A DNA stretch of 64,000 nucleotides from Macrostomum lignano (Eukaryota). Positions 60,992 through 64,000 of the stretch are shown here, in pieces. Location of the stretch: NCBI GenBank assembly GCA_002269645.1, contig NIVC01000922.1, forward strand, positions 1-64,000. The letters are read 5' to 3'. Within the stretch, counting starts at the first letter, position 1. Every line of letters begins with the position of its first letter. A program made the translations under genes and the position numbers. The notes under the pieces were generated by a model. That model was given only the letters and a program-made list of their open reading frames with translations, was not told the DNA's origin and made no database searches.

Positions 60992-61819
60992 GTAAGCATA
61001 GTTTTCTTATCGTCCGCTTAAATTTGTGACGACTTCCTAAACTCCTATCTAGATATTGAGGTGATGTACATATATTAACTAAATAACTTTTCCCAACTGC
61101 GAAATATATCGAACGATTATTGATCAATATAATACTATAGAAATCAATAAATAAAAATAGATGTTGCAATATTAGTTTAGAGTGTGTCTATGCACGTCAT
61201 CATGATCTATAAACGATGTATTCTTTTATACTTAGATTTTAGTTGTAGTCATTTTGTTAATTACCTTTTTTATTTGTTACATGCTACTAACTATTCATTG
61301 TTAGTAGCATATTGCGCACCTTCTATGAAATCTTCAATTCTTCAATAATTCGACTGTAAAAAAATGTCAATTTTTAGAGCGAAGTTGTAAGTGTTTTCAG
61401 TGGAATGTATTATTATGCCTGCTGTTGTTATGTATATTTTTATTTCTTTGTGAGTATGCTATGAATTGCTTTTCCTAAAGTTTAAAGTACAAAAAATTCT
61501 GCTTTAAAAATGATTAAACCATTGTTAAGCATGACATTTTTCACTTACGGAATAATTTGGTGATGTTTTAAATTACCTAATTAATTTATACTTTTTTCCA
61601 AATTATTATAAGCTACTTCAAGTAGTTATGCGAATGCAGTTTCAGCGAATGGCCTGGGATCATAGATTAAATAATTATCCAATTAACAAATTAATTAACC
61701 TTTCCAAAATAGGCCTTTATGTGTGATTTCTGCAATTGATTTCATTTTGATGTTTATTTTTCTTTTTGTGGCTGCTTTTTATATACTAAAACGCTCTTGA
61801 ATTGTCCGCTTTGCAGACC

Positions 61820-62740
61820 TCTAGATACTTCAGTTCCCTTATCTAGATCCTTCAGTTCCCTTATCTAGATTCTTCAGTTCCCTTGTCTACATCCTTCAGT
61901 TACATTATCTGGATCCTTCAGTTCCCTTATCTAGATCCTTCAGTTCCCTTATCTAGATTCTTCAGTTCCCTTGTCTACATCCTTCAGTTACATTATCTGG
62001 ATCCTTCAGTTCCCTTATCTAGATCCTTCAGTTCCCTTATCTAGATTCTTCAGTTCCCTTGTCTACATCCTTCAGTTACATTATCTGGATCCTTCAGTTC
62101 CCTTATCTAGATCCTTCAGTTCCCTTATCTAGATTCTTCAGTTCCCTTGTCTACATCCTTCAGTTACATTATCTGGATCCTTCAGTTCCCTTATCTAGAT
62201 CCTTCAGTTCCCTTATCTAGATTCTTCAGTTCCCTTGTCTACATCCTTCAGTTACATTATCTGGATCCTTCAGTTCCCTTGTCTACATCCTTCAGTTACA
62301 TTATCTGGATCCTTCAGTTCCCTGGTCTACATCCTTCAGTTCCCTTATCTAGATTCTTCAGTTCCCTTGTCTACATCCTTCAGTTACATTATCTGGATCC
62401 TTCAGTTCCCTTATCTAGATCCTTCAGTTCCCTTATCTAGATTCTTCAGTTCCCTTGTCTACATCCTTCAGTTACATTATCTGGATCCTTCAGTTCCCTT
62501 ATCTAGATACTTCAGTTCCCTTATCTAGATCCTTCAGTTCCCTTATCTAGATTCTTCAGTTCCCTTGTCTACATCCTTCAGTTACATTATCTGGATCCTT
62601 CAGTTCCCTGGTCTACATCCTTCAGTTACATTATCTAGATACTTCAGTTCCCTATCTAGATCCTTCAGTTACATTATCTAGATACTTCAGTTCCCTATCT
62701 AGATCCTTCAGTTACATTATCTAGCTTCTTCAGTTCCCTT
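61820..62740. repeat. 22-bp minisatellite (CTAGATCCTTCAGTTCCCTTAT) with an 88-bp tetramer period, left part
   Basis: The CCTTGTCTACAT variant recurs at 61881, 61969, 62057 and onward (period 88). Confidence 0.95.
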
Positions 62741-63716
62741 TGAAGAGTTGATTCGGGTGGTGATCAGTCACCCGAAAACTCCCACTTCCAGACACTTAAG
62801 CCTGGGAACAAAATCAGTGATCACTTACTGTTGCGGGCTCCTCTTCTCTGTCGCGCGTGTCTGTAGAGCTCGTCTCTGTAGAGCTGTTCCTCCCGGGGTG
62901 GTCTTCTTGAAGTCTAGAATCGGCCGAAAGTGAGAGCGTAACAATTAAATCGACGTCGCAGTATTTCTTCAAGTGCAGAATTCAATATATTCTCGAGTGC
63001 CGAAATCAATGTCAACGATGCGCCCTAGTAACAGAATCAACTTTAATACGAGGTCCTCCAGAAAGGGCGTCTTCTTCTAGAACTAACGGAATCGGAGTCG
63101 TGTGCTCCTATCGGTTAATCTAGGATAACCAAAATCAATCAAATCAATAATCCTCTAAGGGTATCGGAATCGGTCCGCAGATCCTATCCAATCCCTTTGG
63201 AAAAAGGAGGCCTCAAATTCAATGAACTCAATAAAATCAACTGAACAGTAACGGCCGGCAATAACAATCGCTCTCAATAATCAAAATAACGAAGACTTGA
63301 ACAAAGCTTACCAATTGGTGTTTATCTCTTCCTCAGAGATATAGCCTCTTTGGAGGCTGCTCCGAGTCTGAGATTTCAGCTCGGATTTTGCGTTTGTATT
63401 TATACACAATTTTTCGGCCTTGAGTCGACCTTGAGCTCAAAACCGGTTTTTTTGATGAGTTCACGAAAGGAATTTTATTATTTGACAGGTGGGGTTTTTG
63501 AATAGAAAGGGGTGAGACTTGAGTTACATTCAGGTTAACATTTACCATATTTGGAAGTTCTAAAAATAGATGTCGAGAACCGGTTTTTTCGAACAATAGC
63601 ATAGCCACTCGCTGTTTGCGTGATATGACTGGTATGACACATAGCTATTTTTTAATTTGTATTCATAACTTTATCTTACTACTTCTAGTAGGCTACCATG
63701 TTTAGAGATCTCTACA
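62741..63716. mobile_element. Solo LTR (976 bp) inserted in the 22-bp minisatellite
   Basis: TG...CA termini with imperfect IR TGAAGAG / CTCTACA; 4-bp TSD CCTT at 62737-62740 and 63717-63720; the array resumes in register; TATA-like GTATAAATA on the minus strand near 63400. Confidence 0.8.
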
Positions 63717-64000
63717 CCTTATCTAGATCCTTCAGTTACATTATCTAGATACTTCAGTTCCCTTATCTAGATCCTCCAGTTCCTTTATCTACGTCCTTCA
63801 TTTCCCTTATCTAGATCCTCCAGTTCCTTTATCTACGTCCTTCACTTCCCTTATCTAGATCCTTCAGTTCCCTTATCTAGATCCTTCAGTTCCCTTATTT
63901 AGATCCTTCAGTTCCCTTATCTTGATCCTTCAGTTCCCTTATCTAGATCCTTCAGTTTCCTTATCTAGATCCTTCAGTTCCCTAGCTTGTCTAGATCCTT
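63717..64000. repeat. 22-bp minisatellite, right part (runs off the window)
   Basis: Same unit as 61820-62740. Confidence 0.95.

Noticed and set aside
61811-61850. Next PCYT2 exon after TTTGCAG at 61816
   Set aside because: It runs straight into the 22-bp array and stops within 10 codons; there is no second cytidylyltransferase-domain sequence in the window.
63333-63608. 91-aa minus-strand ORF
   Set aside because: Lies inside the solo LTR; no recognisable protein features.

Overview
Animal genomic DNA with GC-rich, polyQ/polyA-coding exons, AT-rich intergenic DNA, GT-AG introns and TTAGGG repeats. The style suggests a free-living flatworm such as Macrostomum (inference, not verifiable here). 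Seven protein-coding genes were reconstructed by hand with phase-checked splice junctions: TTC13 (+, 5' end not found), an ANKRD63-like ankyrin gene (+), a 3-exon Ly6/three-finger GPI-anchored gene nested antisense in the ankyrin intron (absent from the ORF track), CSPP1 (-, 8 exons), syntaxin-6 (+), an intronless 951-aa low-complexity ORF (-) and PCYT2 (+, continues past the window). Most introns carry their own tandem minisatellite, while one 28-bp family recurs at four distant loci. Non-autonomous elements with checkable ends include a solo LTR (4-bp TSD) inside a minisatellite, hAT MITEs (8-bp TSD), a MULE-type element (9-bp TSD), a deleted Tc1 IR/DR element, two tRNA-derived SINE families and Helitron-like pieces. 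Most long ORFs in the supplied track are repeat artefacts. Homology calls rest on recalled protein motifs, not database searches.
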